This document shows, one piece after another, positions 24,232 to 38,438 of a stretch of 64,000 bases of DNA (positions within the stretch are counted from its first letter, which is position 1; each line of letters begins with the position of its first letter). The position numbers and the translations under genes were made by a program. The stretch comes from Azolla caroliniana (Eukaryota; Plantae; Polypodiophyta), in the NCBI GenBank assembly GCA_043228905.1, contig JBHGNT010000004.1, forward strand, positions 4,526,001 to 4,590,000, written 5' to 3'. The notes under the pieces were generated by a model, which saw only the letters and a program-made list of their open reading frames with translations, made no database searches and was not told where the DNA came from.

Positions 24232-27200
24232 CAATCAAATTATTTATTATTGAGTATATGTGTTGAGCCTATGTGTCAAAGAAGTTTACAAACTTGGAAT
24301 GATGTCTTCCCTTATTAAAGTTTTGCTCATATATGCTCCAAATACACTTCAATTTGACGTAGTCCTTTAATGTCAATGTATGGTTTTCAACCATAGGCCC
24401 CTATCAATGTTATTTTTCTAAGGGCTATGCAAATGTTTTTTCCATGTTCTACAAAATAACATTAAGACTACTCAAGCAAAGCACATTCTTATGCAGATCA
24501 TGGTAGGGAAAGCATGCTCTTAATTTGAACTCCCCTAATTTTGATTTTTCCTTGCAAGATTGTCATGTTAAAAAACAATTAGTATGTTATAACTTATAGG
24601 CCTGACCTTAAGGATTCAATCTAAAGCTTATTTTAATGGGGTAAGGTAGGATAATTGGGAAATTATTATCTTAGGAATTGGGACAAACCTAATAACATGT
24701 GGGAACATATGGTGGTCAAGGAGCTTAGGGTGTTATGCTATATAAAATGGAGCAACTATGCCCTTGATTACGACATATTGAGATGTTGCAAAGACATTAT
24801 TAGTGAGTCTAAGCTATCTAATCGAATTCATTACTAAATTACCATAATTATAACATAAGGTATACATATTTTGAGGTATAACTTATAAGATACTTGTGGA
24901 CTGTGGTATTTTATGTTTGTCTAATGTTCTTCACACAAGGGTTGGTAAGTGTGGTGAGGTCTATTCGTTTCCTTAATTTCTTATCATATTGCTCATCATT
25001 TGATCCATAATATTTACATAGGCTTGATTGCAAAAAGATATTTTGTATGACATCGTTCTATTCAGATCTTGAACTTGCATTAATGCAATCATTCCAATCT
25101 ATACATAGATTATAATTTATAACTATTGACCTCTTATATATAATGTATCATATATAAATGGATATTAGCATTAAATGTAATATCCTACTTCTTGCAATCC
25201 CAAGGCTAATATTATTCTCCAATATTTACACATTGTACTCAATCAAATGGGGTATCTTGTAAGCATAATATAAGTAAATCATTCTTGTATTTTTTCTAGT
25301 GGATCTATAAAGTTTAGAGTGCTTGTAATCATTTGGCAAAAATATTCATGTGGATCATAATATTCTTATTTATATTCAATCTTGTTAATACATACTTTTA
25401 TGATCATAATCTTATTTGTGTATTTGTTTTTTGCACGGTTTCTTGATTCTTGTTGAGTCACGACTCACAATACTCACTCTATACAATAACATAAGGAGTC
25501 ATAAAATATAACAGCTGGTGAGCAGATTTGTTTATGGATCTTTTACATCCATTGTATTACTAGGGCTTGACCTAACACACACCTTATTGGCCTCTAGAAT
25601 GATGTGTGCATTCAACTAACAATGATTAAATTGAAATAAATTGGTTATTTAGCTAAAAATGTGGAGAATTAGGAAGAGCTTGTACTATGAACACATGATA
25701 AAATACATGCTTAAATGTGTCTTCACTTAATATTGCACAATGCTTCACTTAATATTGCACAATGCACACCCATACAAGCATCGTTCTTCGTGGGTTAGAC
25801 TCGATCATATGTACATACCTCAAGACTAAGATATTGTGTGTTCTTCTTGTGATACATCCCAACTACCATGACACAAACAATAATAAAATATATGTTATGA
25901 TATGTGACAATGCATTCTTCGTAAAACAAGAAATGTTTAATTGCATGGATATGAATATTAACATTTGAGGGAGGTCCATGAGTGTATAATCAAGATATTC
26001 AACTTAGTGCCATGGGGTTCTCAATAATCCACAATCCATAATAGACACTTAACTTCTCAAAGTGTGACCATAAAAAATGTGCACAACTTGATGATTGAGT
26101 CCCAACTAGCTTAAATGAATGAGTTGGAGTCATTTGAGACTACAAGGTCATTGTGCACACGACAATGGACCAATGCCAAAAATGAAATAATAGATAGTTG
26201 GTTCAAGTTGCATAATTTTCATTGAGTTGACCCCTAATGTAGGCCGAGTAGAATGTTCCCAACAATGTGTATGGTAACTTTTGTTGAGCTCGAACCTATT
26301 GTGTTTGAAGTCTCAAAAAAGCCAATTAACAAAAAATGTTGTTTTTGAGGATCAACTACCATTATCAATGTTTAGTTTATTATGAGTGTACAAATAACAA
26401 CTCAAGGGACATGTAGTGCCATATTGTACTAAGACTATGTTTTGGGGTGTGTGTTTGCGTGTGTTTGTTTGTACATACATATTTGTAGTTGAGTATAGTG
26501 CCATATATGTGATCCTTATAGTTGGCAAATCAATTGTAAAAGAAAGTAGACATCATTTGGCACAAACACCATAGTGATTGGCTAAAAATGTTGATGTCAT
26601 AAACTTATTCTATTAGGGTTTGGCCCTAGTTGGTGTACCTTTTTATATGTGCTTGCTCCTCAAAAGAATTGTGCTCCAACAACTCCATTAGGTTGGGGTA
26701 AAAACCAAAATGCCAACTTCACATGCAATCAACGTTTTCATGCGATGTCAACTCATACTTTCGTGCAACATATAGTCAAAGCCATGTTTAGGTGGAGTTT
26801 GCAAAGGACCATCGTGATTGCGAAGAGGTGAAACTCTTGATCTTTAATGCATGCGTTCAATTCACACCGAGCAAATAGTAAAAGGGCGTGACTTCAAATC
26901 TTCCAAACCAATGCAATGGGACAGTGTCAAACACTCTGACCAATGAGATAGGGCCATATCTACAACATCGAGATTCCGTCCATTTGCACTATGTACATAT
27001 GTGGGCAGCCTAAATGATCGTTATGGCCCGGTGCTTCCAGCCAACATTTGCTTTGGACGAAATGGACTTGGACCGTCTCGAGGGGTCAAGCAGCACATCA
27101 ATAACTCGGTTCGAAGACTGAAGGGAAAGTCTCGGAAAAGAAGAAAGAAGAGTTATGGGCTATGTATACATATGCACCAAGTAACAACACACATTACGTA

Positions 27201-27656
27201 TTCCATTTGTATTCATTTTGGGGGACAGAAATATAAATATGAAGGAGAAGAAAATTTGAAACAAAAAACGAAGAAGAAGAAAAAAGTGGGGGGGGGAATT
27301 AATGAGATATAGATAAACCAAAGGCAATAATCGTAATTAGGACTAATCCCAGGGATTAATGGCAAGATATCGACGATTAACAACTGATTAGCAGTAATCA
27401 TCGCGATTAATTCATCTGAATCATTTATATAATACAGAGGGAGAGGGAGCGGGAGGGTACACACATTTCTATTTTACTTCTTCTTCTTCTTCTTCGTCTT
27501 CTTCTTCTTCTTCTGCTTCTTCTTCTTCAAACAGACAGACTGAGAGGCAGGCGTATACAGGCGCAGAAGCACACAGACAGAGAGAAATCAGAAGAATCAG
27601 AAGAATCAGAAGAAGAAGAGGTGAGTAAAGATCTGTCTGTCTGTCTGTCTCTAGCT

Positions 27657-27716
27657 ATGGCGAGCGCTGCAACCACCCCTTCTTCTCTCAATCTCCTTCC
27701 TCCTTTCCCATCCTCT

Positions 27717-27749
<33 letters not shown>

Positions 27750-29534
27750 ACGCTTCCTCCTCCTCCTCCTCTTGCTGCTCACAGCCACATCAGTAGCAGT
27801 CTGAGTAACGGTAATGGTCACATTAACAGTAGCTCCACTCTCCCTTCCATTCGCCTGTGGCCACCAAACCCTAATACTCGCACTACCCTCGTCCAGCGCC
27901 TCTCGGAGCATCTCTCCTCTGTGTCTTTCTTCTCGCAACGCTATGGCCAGATCGGACCAGAAGAAGCTTCCCTCAACGCTCAACGAATCGAACAAGAAGC
28001 TTTTTTGTCTGCTTCACAACACGCCGAGTCGGAAGAAAGTTCAGATATTGCCGTGGTCCAGTTCTATGCGAAAGAAGCGAGTCGCCTCATGCTCGATTGT
28101 ATGAAGAAAGGCCCTTCTTCTAAAGGTAAGGTATCAGAAAAAACGGTACATGAAAACGCAAATTTAGAAGCTGCAGAAGAGGAAAAGAAAGAAGTAGGGG
28201 CAGAAGAAGAAACAATTTATCCTTCTTCTTCTTCTTTTTTTGATATTTCTGGTGGGAATCGGGACTTTCTCACCGAAGCTATGGCTCAAGAGCTTCTACA
28301 ACCTCTCTGTGTTCCTGGAAACTCCATTTCCAGCATCTGTTTCAGCAACCGGAGCTTTGGAGAAGAGGCAGCGAGAGTTGCAGGTAAGTGTTTGGAAACC
28401 ATAAAATCTCAGCTCATTCAAGTAAACCTCGCTGACATTGTTGCAGGGAGAAATGAAGAAGAAGCTCTAACTGTAATGTCTATCTTCTCCTCTGCATTAT
28501 GTGATAGCAAACTAAAATACCTCAATCTATCTGATAATGCTTTGGGAGAGAAAGGAATGCGAGCTTTCTCTGAGCTTCTCGCTTCACAGAATGAATTAGA
28601 AGAACTCTATTTCATGAACAATGGTATCTCTGAGGAGGCGGCTATAGCTCTGTGTGAACTATTACCTTCTTCGGCTAAGCTAAAGGTGTTGCATTTCCAT
28701 AACAATATGACTGGAGATAGAGGAGCCATAGCTCTATCAAAGCTTGTGAAAGAAGCTCCTCTGTTGGAGGATTTTAGATGTTCCTCTACTAGAGTTGGTA
28801 GTGAAGGAGGAGTCTCGTTAGCAATGGCTTTGCTTTCTGGATCTAGCTTGAAAAGAATTGATTTGCGTGATAATCCTGTTGGTGTCGAAGGTGCCATAGC
28901 TCTAGCAAAGACATTGAAGCAACATTCTGATCTCAAAGAGGTTTATTTGAGCTATCTTGGTTTGGAAGATGAAGGAGCCATAGCTATTCTTGAAGCTTTG
29001 GAAGGAACTTCACCTCATCTTGAAGTTTTTGAGTTTGCAGGAAATGATATCACCATTGCTTCTGTCCCGAAACTCATTAGTTTCATTGTGTCAAAACCTA
29101 ATCTTGTTCGATTGAATCTTTCTGAAAATGATCTTGAAGATAGGGGTGTTGTTACAATATGTAAGGTGCTGGGTAAGGGCCACCGAAGCTTGATTGAACT
29201 TGACCTCAGTGAAACTAATATTGGAAGGATTGGAGCTTGTGCTGCAGCCGAAGCTATAGCTATGAAATCTCAATTCAAGCTTCTTGGGCTAAATGCTAAT
29301 CATATTTCTGATGTTGGGATAGAAGCTTTGAAAGAAATGTTGAAGAAAGGAACCCATGGTGGTACATCTGTACTTGGACCGTTAGATGAAAATGATGAGA
29401 ATGAAGAGGGAGATGAGGAAGCTGAAGAAGAAGATAGAGAAGAAGAAGAAGAAGAGGAAGTGGAGGAAGACGAAGCCGAAAATGGTGAAATAGATGATGA
29501 ATTGCAAGCTCAATTTGGAAAAGTGAAGGTATAA
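27657..29534 (+). CDS. RANGAP: Ran GTPase-activating protein (WPP domain + LRR + acidic tail), intronless, ~625 aa
   Basis: SIRLWPPNPNTRTTLVQRL WPP motif; FDISGGNRDF, ICFSNRSFG, LNLSDNALGEKG, LHFHNNMTGD LRRs; E/D-rich C terminus; first ATG at 27657. Confidence 0.96.
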
Positions 29535-32445
29535 CCCAAAGGACTGTTCATTTGTGTTCTTTGGTTTTATTGATGCATATCATTAGCCTCTTTATTTAAA
29601 AATCTTTGAGGTTCAAGTTTCCAGGTCTGAACCCTGAGATAAGTTAATCATTCAGATTTTAGATTGTGATGTGGAATTTCTTCATAGTTTTGTGAAGATG
29701 TTATGTAAGGCATTAGACATTGAAAATTTGGGATTAGGCATAAAAATTTCCAAAGATCATAAATGTCCTGGTGAGTTCCAGGAAGAATCAATCAAGTTCT
29801 GATTCATATCCGTAACACTCATTTTTAAAGTAGTCACACACTTCAATCATGTGTATGTATCTTTTTTATTAGAATTATATTGGAATGTTGGAATGAAATG
29901 ATGAATTTTGTGCAATTGCTTTGACATTATTGACCATCTGTATGATGATGTATGTGCCCAAATGCAAGAATTACAATGGTCTTCCGAATTTGAAGTGGGA
30001 ACACAGAAGTCTGGAAATGACTTGTTTGGCTTGATATTCCCAAATTTCATGTATATTGGTCTTTATCCTTGTGACATTTAAAGCTTTACCCACATTAATT
30101 GAATTAGATTTTAATACAGGATCATTCTACAGCTGCATTACTGTAAAACGTACATGAGAATTGGAATTAGATGCCTTAATATAGTTGGGCATTAGAATAA
30201 ATTATGTAAACAGGAAAAGCTTTTTGCGTTGGTAGAGTTATATCGAATATAATGAATACCATTTCATTGCCTTCGTGTGATGATGGCAAAGCATATTTTT
30301 ATTGGGTCTGCAATTTATTCTAAATCTTTTCTAGTCTGCAATGTTTGATGTCAATGCTAATCATTGTTCTAGCATTGCGTATCTTTGGCGGAATACAACA
30401 GTATTTTATTGCCTTTGGTACGATGAATGGCAACACATATATGGAGTGATTTTATTTTAATGGTTGTTCAGAAAGATATGTGACCAGGAATGCAAATAAG
30501 GTATGTAATGGCTTATATAAGTTACATGCCAGAAATAGTTAGAAATTAGAATCATGCTTTTGAACTTAACATGTTTTGTTCCATTAATTGACTCATGTTG
30601 GATATATATGTGCAAAATGTGACTCCAATTTGGAGCTAGAAGAATTAAGATATATGATGTTTAACATTTATTTCCCTCATTTCTGCAAACATATCTCTGT
30701 ATACTTTCATTGTACTAAGAAATACATCACCACATATTGTTTCACGTTAGAACTTTGGTTTTGAACTTACGATGATGTTCATCAGAACATGTTCATAAAT
30801 ATTTCCTTTCGTAGCTTGCTCTTGCATGCTATTGTGTAATGTTAGATACCCATGGAAATAAATCCAACTATTGGATGGTAACATTATAATTTATGAGTAA
30901 TTGTTATTTGAGCTAACAAGTATACACACATATTGTGTGTTATCTTTTTGCTGTCATTTCACGCTAGGTTTTGATCTTTTGTACTACTATACATGTGCAT
31001 CATCTCCCGTTTGTGTCTTTTGTGTTGCAAATCGTGTGTAGAAGAGCATGACTAACAACCCGTCCGTTTAATATGGTTTGATTGCATTTGTATGCTTTCT
31101 TATCACACGAGAACTTTATTACAAGATGGGTTGATCATACAATGCGAGAAACACGTACCGAAATAGTGAGAATTTATCAAACAAATATGTCTGATTCTAA
31201 ATTCAGTATGAAATCCCAATTCTATTTGAGAATATGCTTGTTGAGCAAAATGCAAGTCTACCAACAAGAAGTCTTTTGCACTTAGTTGAAGGGTGACCTT
31301 CAACATGAATTTCTAGACATGAAATTTGAAAATGCCTTTTGGTTTGGTCTCTTTCCCAATAATTTGAATTGTGATACCATTTTTTTCCGTTGGAGTAGAT
31401 TTTGGGTATTGCAAACCATTTGAATGATTTGAAATCATGTGATATTTAAGAAGCTACATATTTTGATTTTCACTTCTTCGAGTCCTCTTTCAGGCAATCT
31501 CATAAAAAATCCCTTTCCCATATTTCAACTACTTTATTTTGAGAATTGATGTTTTGTTTATTCTTTACATGCTACTTTATGTTGAGCATCGCGCTTCTGC
31601 AACATCTTTACATTTGTGGGGTTTAACCTTACATCAAGGTCTCTTGTCAATGATATATATACTTATGTGTTAGTCAAAACAAAACAAAAAAGGCAAATCA
31701 ATTTCCCTCATATTGCAAAATCTTGAGATCCATGAACTTTGGTGGTTGGTTGAATCCATGTTGGATGCATCATGGAGTATTATGTGCCAATGGCCAAAGG
31801 TTACCATTACGCCATAATTAGATACATAAATATAGCAATGTCCTTCTAATATAAGGTAGTCAACCCTAGTTTTGTGGAGAGAAAATATGTGGTAAGTTGT
31901 TATTCGCCTAAATACATCAATTATACATTGAACTACCGAATTTCATGCTTGTTTACGTGAGATTAGAGGGAGGGTTTGAATATAAACATGTGAACCAGGT
32001 TTGCATAATTTGGGTTGTGTACTTATGGAGAAAGAAAGGGGTTTCGGTTGATTTCAAGATTCCATATTTAGTTTGAATATGGCATCAATGTTCTAATCAT
32101 GATATATGATCAATAAAGTGAAACATATATATGCCCTATGTATGTGCCCTAGATAACATTTGTATTCAGCTTTGTAAGTACATCTAAAATACCAAAAGAG
32201 ACATATGGAGCCTCATTACTCAAGGTCTTCTGAAGGGACATCTCCATTGATCGCAATAAAACTTATAAATAGATCAATTGACTAAAATCTCTTACATATT
32301 GTATAAAAGGACTTGAATTATGATTTACCATGTAATGCATTGTCATATTCAAACATTGGGGTACTTTTATAGTAGAAGATAATTTTGAGATTTTGTCACC
32401 AAATTATGAGCTTTCATGCACAATATTGGTACTCTAGAGTATTGG

Positions 32446-32885
32446 GGAAAACATCTCTAAGTAAGTATGCAAAAATGTATGGTTTGAGGACAACACCCGA
32501 TTGAACAGTCGTTCCAAGTTGAGGAAAAACATCTCCATACATACCAACATGTCCATTTGCGGAGAAACATCTCTAAGCATGCCAGAATGTCTAGTTTGAG
32601 GACAACACCCAATTGGACAATCCTTCCGATTTGAGGAAAAACAATCTCTATACATACCACCAGAATGCCCAATTCAAGGACAAAACATCTCTAACTAAGT
32701 ATTCGAAAATGTCCGGCTTGAGGGCAACACCCGATTGGACATTCCTTCCGATTTGAGTAGAAACATCTCTATATGTACGAATATCACATACCAAAATGTC
32801 CGATTTGCGGACAAAACATGTCTAAAGTATGTATATCCGGAATGTCCAGTTTGAAGGCAACGCGGATATTGCACAATATTTTCCA
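32446..32885. repeat. Degenerate minisatellite upstream of the PGLP gene
   Basis: Alternating aaaacatctct...aatgtcc and tttgaggacaacacccgattgga motifs recur at ~40-75 bp spacing. Confidence 0.65.
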
Positions 32886-33191
32886 GAAAGACAGACGAAG
32901 GAGATGGATGAATCAATAACACTAATAACACTGACCTTCAACACTAACCGTGATCTAGGATTACATAATGGGAATTGAGGGGCATTTCGGAAATAAAGGA
33001 AAACTGAGGTGTAATTCTTCTTTCTAGCTTTTTCTCAGAATCCCACACAGCAGGAAAGCATTGCGTAGCTTTTTAATACAGGAGAGACGGACGGAGGGAT
33101 AGATTCAGGGTTTTGCTTTTTTTTGCGGACTGTTGGAACACTATTCGGTTGTGCTTTTCTTCGCTGATCGATGGATTAATCGTTTGTCGTC

Positions 33192-35517
33192 ATGTCTGAT
33201 CGTAACAATGGTAAGTTTCTCTCATATAGTTATCGTCGTCTTCATCATCATCATCATCATCATCATCATTGCCATGATCTTTGGCATCATGCTCTATTAA
33301 ACTTAACACATATTACTCAACCTTAGCAAGGGCGATTTTCCTCACCAACGCTCGGGATCTTATCAACTGCATGGACACTTTTATCTTTGATTGCGATGGT
33401 AAGAAAAAAAGAAGATCATCAAGCTTTCTCAGATAGATTGAAATCAATAGATTACCTTTGATCTTTTAAATGTTTTAATCTCAAGTTCCAGTTTTTTGAG
33501 AAGGAAACTGACAATGTAACTTCCTATTTGGGACTAATGTTGTTCGTTAAAGAAGCTCCTACAGCAAGTTTTAGAAATAGGATAACATTTTGGTGCATTT
33601 AAGCAATATGTTTTGGCCACATGATAAGTAAGAAAAAATTCTCGTGACATCCTTGTTAGGCTGGATTTGCATGGTTTTTGACCATGGATTGATCTGCATA
33701 AAGGATTGATTCTTTCTTTTCCTGATTCATTAGGAAACGTTTGTGATTGTTAAATGTTGATATCATCAGGTGTTATATGGAGAGGTGATGTGTTGATTAA
33801 GGGTGTTCCAGAAACCCTAGAAATGCTTCGGAAATTGGTCAGTTTTTCTAAAATATTAGTGAATTATTCATTACAAATTTCCTTCTAATATGGTTCTACG
33901 ATAGGGGAAAAGACTTCTGTTTATCACAAACAATTCGACCAAATCAAGAAATCAATATGTGGATAAGTTTCATGCACTAGATATGATTGTGAGCAAGGTA
34001 TGAAACTTTGAAAACACTGAATAATGAAGATTCCATTTTATTGTTTGAGGATTTATTAAATGTCTTTTTGTGGGTTTAGGAAGAGATTTTTTCCTCATCC
34101 TTTGCTGCAGCTGCATATTTAAAGTCTATTGGATTCCCCTCCAAGAAAAAGGTAATAAATAATTGGAATCTTGATATGTTATTGTGCAATTGAAGATTCA
34201 AATTAATTTCATGCGCATAGCTAATATATTGCCTTCAAGAAAATAAATCAGAAAAGTTAAAATACTGATATGTCTTGAAACTAGGTCACTTGCCTTTCGT
34301 ATATTTTTGAAACAGGTTTATGTTATTGGTGAGACAGGGATTTTGAAAGAGCTTGAGATGGCAGGAATCAGCTACCTTGGGGGCCCGGTATGAGTAAATA
34401 AAAGTTGTTAAATGGCATGTTAAGATTTTGTTAATGTAGGAAATGACGATTAAGATTTAGGTTTTATTAAACATAAACTTAATACAGATGATAGAAATTT
34501 CAGTTAGGCATATTGTGGTAAGTTGGTTACGGTAAAATGAAATTTCAGATATTGTAGTTTTTCATCGTTTATAGGAATTCATCAGATGTATATATAAAGA
34601 TCATAAAGTTTCTTCTATATACTCAAGCGAAGAGGTTTTCTATGTGCAAAACATGTAGTTATTGTATACAATACAATACTTTTCTATGACTAGACCTATA
34701 TAAAGATGACAAATCCACATGTATGACAGAATACAAAAACATCCACAAATTTCCCAACAATTAAAATTATATTGCAACCTAATCAATCTACTTCTAGGGG
34801 CTTACTCATTCCTTATTTTTTCCATGACTTAAATACAATTTTCTTCTCACTTTGGCAGGATGATGATGAAAAAACAATTGATTTTACATATTGTAGGCGA
34901 ATGGAACATGATCCGGATGTAAGTTGGTGTGTCTGTATTTGGAATTATGATCTCCTTTAACTATATCTGGCCAACTAAATTTCTGAATCACAGGTGGGGG
35001 CTGTTGTTGTTGGATTTGATAGGCATATCAACTACTATAAACTCCAGTGAGTGGCTTATTTACTTGATTATACATATTTTATTATAACTGATCCAATCAT
35101 TTCTATTGGTACTTGAACTGTGTGTGAAGGTATGCAACTCGTTGTATTAGAGAAAATCCAGGTTGTTTGTTTATAGCAACTAATTGTGATGCTTCCATCC
35201 ATCTAACTCATGATCAAGAGTGGCCAGGTAACATGCTTCTATTGGTCGATTTAAAAAAATATATGAATATTGTATCTTCTGATTTTTCTTTTGTGTTCCA
35301 GATTGTTGAGACTATTAATTAACTAATCTCAGCAATTTTTATTACATATGTAAAACTGTATAGATTATTATTTTAATTTTATTATTAATTATACAGTTGC
35401 ACATCTTCAAATAGTTGTAATCTGAAAGCACACATTTTGGTGTCTCCACACAAAGGCCATACAAGAGCCTATAACAGCAGATCGTCATACTCATTGTAAC
35501 ACACACACACACACACA

Positions 35518-35581
<64 letters not shown>

Positions 35582-38438
35582 CTGTATCATAACTATACTT
35601 AGATCTAACCAAGTTCAGTATATGAATTTACCCATGTATCTTATTAGAAAGTATACTTCTAATTCCCAATCTTCATCAAGAAAATACAATATAGACAATT
35701 TGCATTTTTCCATTTATTATAGAACATGGAGTACCACCACGAAAGTGCTTTTAAGGCAATTGCGTTATTCCATTTATTGTAGAACATGGAAGACCACAAT
35801 GAAAGTGCTTCGAAGGCACTTAAAATTATGGGATACTGTTCTTATAGAAGAGAAACTTGTTGAAAAAGACCCCAAACACACCACATGGGTAGAAAAGTAC
35901 CTCCAAGACATCATGGAAATCATCTTCCATCATGAAGAGCCACAAGTTGAATCCATCATGATAAACATTGTGAATTTGGGACAACTTGAAGAGCATCTTG
36001 GTTTAACTAATCACACACAAAGTAACAATACTCCACAACCTCATCTCAACTATGATTAAGGAGGGTCAACCCATAACTGAATTCATCATACATGGAGTAG
36101 AGGAATGGACAATGTTACCTTATCATGTGTAGACCTCTATGTTAATTTACAATGCACACTCATTCAAGCACTCCCTCTCAAGGGTACAATAATAATAATA
36201 ATACTGTATTGTTACTATCTTGATAAGCAGAATGAAGCAAGCAAAATAATTTAGATTGAAAGAAGAAGACTCACCGAATGTCACAATTCTTGCCTACAAA
36301 GGAGAATTCAAGAAGAAGAATTTCTTGAATCAAAGAATTGTATCTCCAGAGAAGTAACCAGCTGGATCAAATCAAGATGTTAAATCTGCACTGACACAAT
36401 GCTACCATATGTTACTTTTGGAAGAAAAGGCAACCGCCACATAAGAAGATATACAAGTAAAACTCCCACCACATCTTGCTATACTAAGTCCAAGAGAGGA
36501 TTAGACTAAACAAGAAGAAAAAGAAGAAGAAGACGCAGAAGAGTCGTGTGTGTGGGGTTTTTGTTTGTATATCTTTTCATGTAATTGTTGTCCTTTGTTC
36601 CAAAAGTAGCAGATTGTAGTGTTGTGTCCTTTTGCAGATTTGAGATCTTTATCATTATCCAACTAGTTCCTTCTCTAGAGATACACTTCTTTGTTTCAGG
36701 AAAATCTTCTTTTTTACTCCTACTTTGTAGACAAGCATCATGACATTCGGTGAGTTTTCTTCCTTTGATCTGAATGATGCTGCTTGATTTATTCTCCTTA
36801 TTATCATACTCTTGATTTCTTTAAAAGAGTTCCAAGAAGTGGGAAGTGTTTTCAGGATTGTGCATTGTGTATAGAGGTCTAGGGGTTATAAGATAGCGTT
36901 GTGTATTCCTCTTTTTCATTGTCCAATGAATTCAGTTGTGGGTTGAGCTAAATGATTGATGTGGAGCATTTTTACTTGTGTGTATAATCTTTTGGCTCCT
37001 AGATGCTCTTCAAATTGTCCCAAATTTCTTTTGCACAATATTGATCATGATGGATTGAACTTGAGGTTCATCGAGATGAACAATGATTTCCATGATAGCG
37101 TGGAGATCCTTTTCTGCCCATGCAGTGTGTTTGGGTCTTTTTCAACAAGTTTTTCTTCAATAGAAACCATGCACCATAGTTTCAAGTGCATTGGAAGCAC
37201 TTTTATGATAGTACTCCAAATTCTATAATAAATGGAATAATGCAATATCTATATTGTATTTTCTTGACGGAGATTTGGAATTGGAAGCCACTAAAGTATG
37301 TTTGGACCAAAGACTCTTTGATGACATGTGTTGCATGATCTACTTTCTAGTCGGTTACAAGAATTTCGTAATATGATAACATTAATGTACTTAACTAGAG
37401 TAGATCCAACTATAGGTATGATACAAATTTGTTATATATATTGAGTTACAATGATTATGCCATTATATACTCATGTATATGCCTTGCGTGGAAGCACCAA
37501 ATGTTGAGATCATTTAATCAATAATCCAAAACTCTCATGAAACACAAAAAAGTCAGAAGCTACAATGTTCATACATGTATAAAATCGACAGGGCTTTTTA
37601 TTCATTGATAGTAAAAAAATTAATTTCTTATTTGTAATAGGTTCATCATGAAGCATGTGAAATTTGCATCTGAAAAACTAACCTCTTTCTTGAAATTTCC
37701 AATAGGTGGGGGGTGCATGGTTGGTGCAATCAAGGGGTCAACAAATAAGGAGCCTGTGGTTGTGGGGAAACCTTCTGCATTCTTGATGGATTATGTAACC
37801 CATAAGTACATGATCTATTCATATGAACCGGTTTTAATTATGAGTGCATGTGCATGCATGTGAGCTCAAAATTGTCTCAATTGAAAGTATTGCACTTAAA
37901 TTGGAAATTTTCGCACACAGGTTTGGTATCACCAAATCACAGATATGTATGGTAGGGGACCGACTAGAAACAGACATTTTGTTTGGTCATAACATTGGCT
38001 GCAGAACACTACTTGTTCTGTCAGGTAGGTGTAATGTACCTGTTATTTTCTTTCTCTGTTTTTATACACGTAATGCATTATAAAAAAACCTTAGCTACTG
38101 AAATATTGTTTGGAAAATGGGCACGGGAGTTTCTTCTAAAGTTGGGAATGGTGGGAAATACAGTTTCAATATGTATTGGGAAAAAAACATGTTGTAGTAT
38201 ACGAACATATGGTTGAATATATGGATTGTAAATTTTAAACCACAATATACTCATGAAAACTGTAAGTTGAGGTATTAATGTGAAGAATGGGCAAACTACT
38301 AACATTTGGTCTCATCTTCTTCTACTTTTCTTGGCCCTAGGTGTAACCACTCTTGACATGCTTAAAGACCCAGCTAATACCATCCAGCCAGACTTTTATG
38401 TGAATCAAATTTCAGATCTAATGCTGGACAGATATTAA
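33192..38438 (+). CDS. PGLP: Phosphoglycolate phosphatase, HAD class IIA, cytosolic (PGLP2-like), 12 exons, 302 aa
   Basis: Exons 33192-33210, 33327-33398, 33770-33837, 33905-33997, 34080-34151, 34316-34387, 34859-34918, 34994-35046, 35130-35227, 37706-37805, 37921-38024, 38341-38438; all introns GT-AG and phase-consistent; motifs TFIFDCDGVIW, FITNNSTKSR, VVGKPS, MVGDRLETDILFG, LVLSGVT; no transit peptide before the HAD domain. Confidence 0.93.
35435..37503. repeat. Long imperfect inverted repeat (arms ~35435-36473 and ~36548-37503, loop ~75 nt) from a decayed Copia LTR/gag, inside PGLP intron 9
   Basis: Plus-strand ORF 35622-36059 and minus-strand ORF 37045-37245 encode homologous text (HLKLW..V.IEEKLVEKDP); nucleotide blocks such as actcaccgaatgtca and cttgttgaaaaagaccc are mirrored. 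Confidence 0.85.

Noticed and set aside
24240-27000. Short ORFs in AT-rich intergenic DNA (also 29600-32400)
   Set aside because: 60-80 aa, no motifs, no consistent splice structure.
27621-27656. GTG-initiated N-terminal extension of RanGAP in the ORF track
   Set aside because: Non-ATG start within a (CTGT)n tract; ATG at 27657 has good context (gctATGG).
35622-36059. Nested protein-coding gene in PGLP intron 9
   Set aside because: Frame-scrambled Copia gag remnant forming one arm of the inverted repeat.
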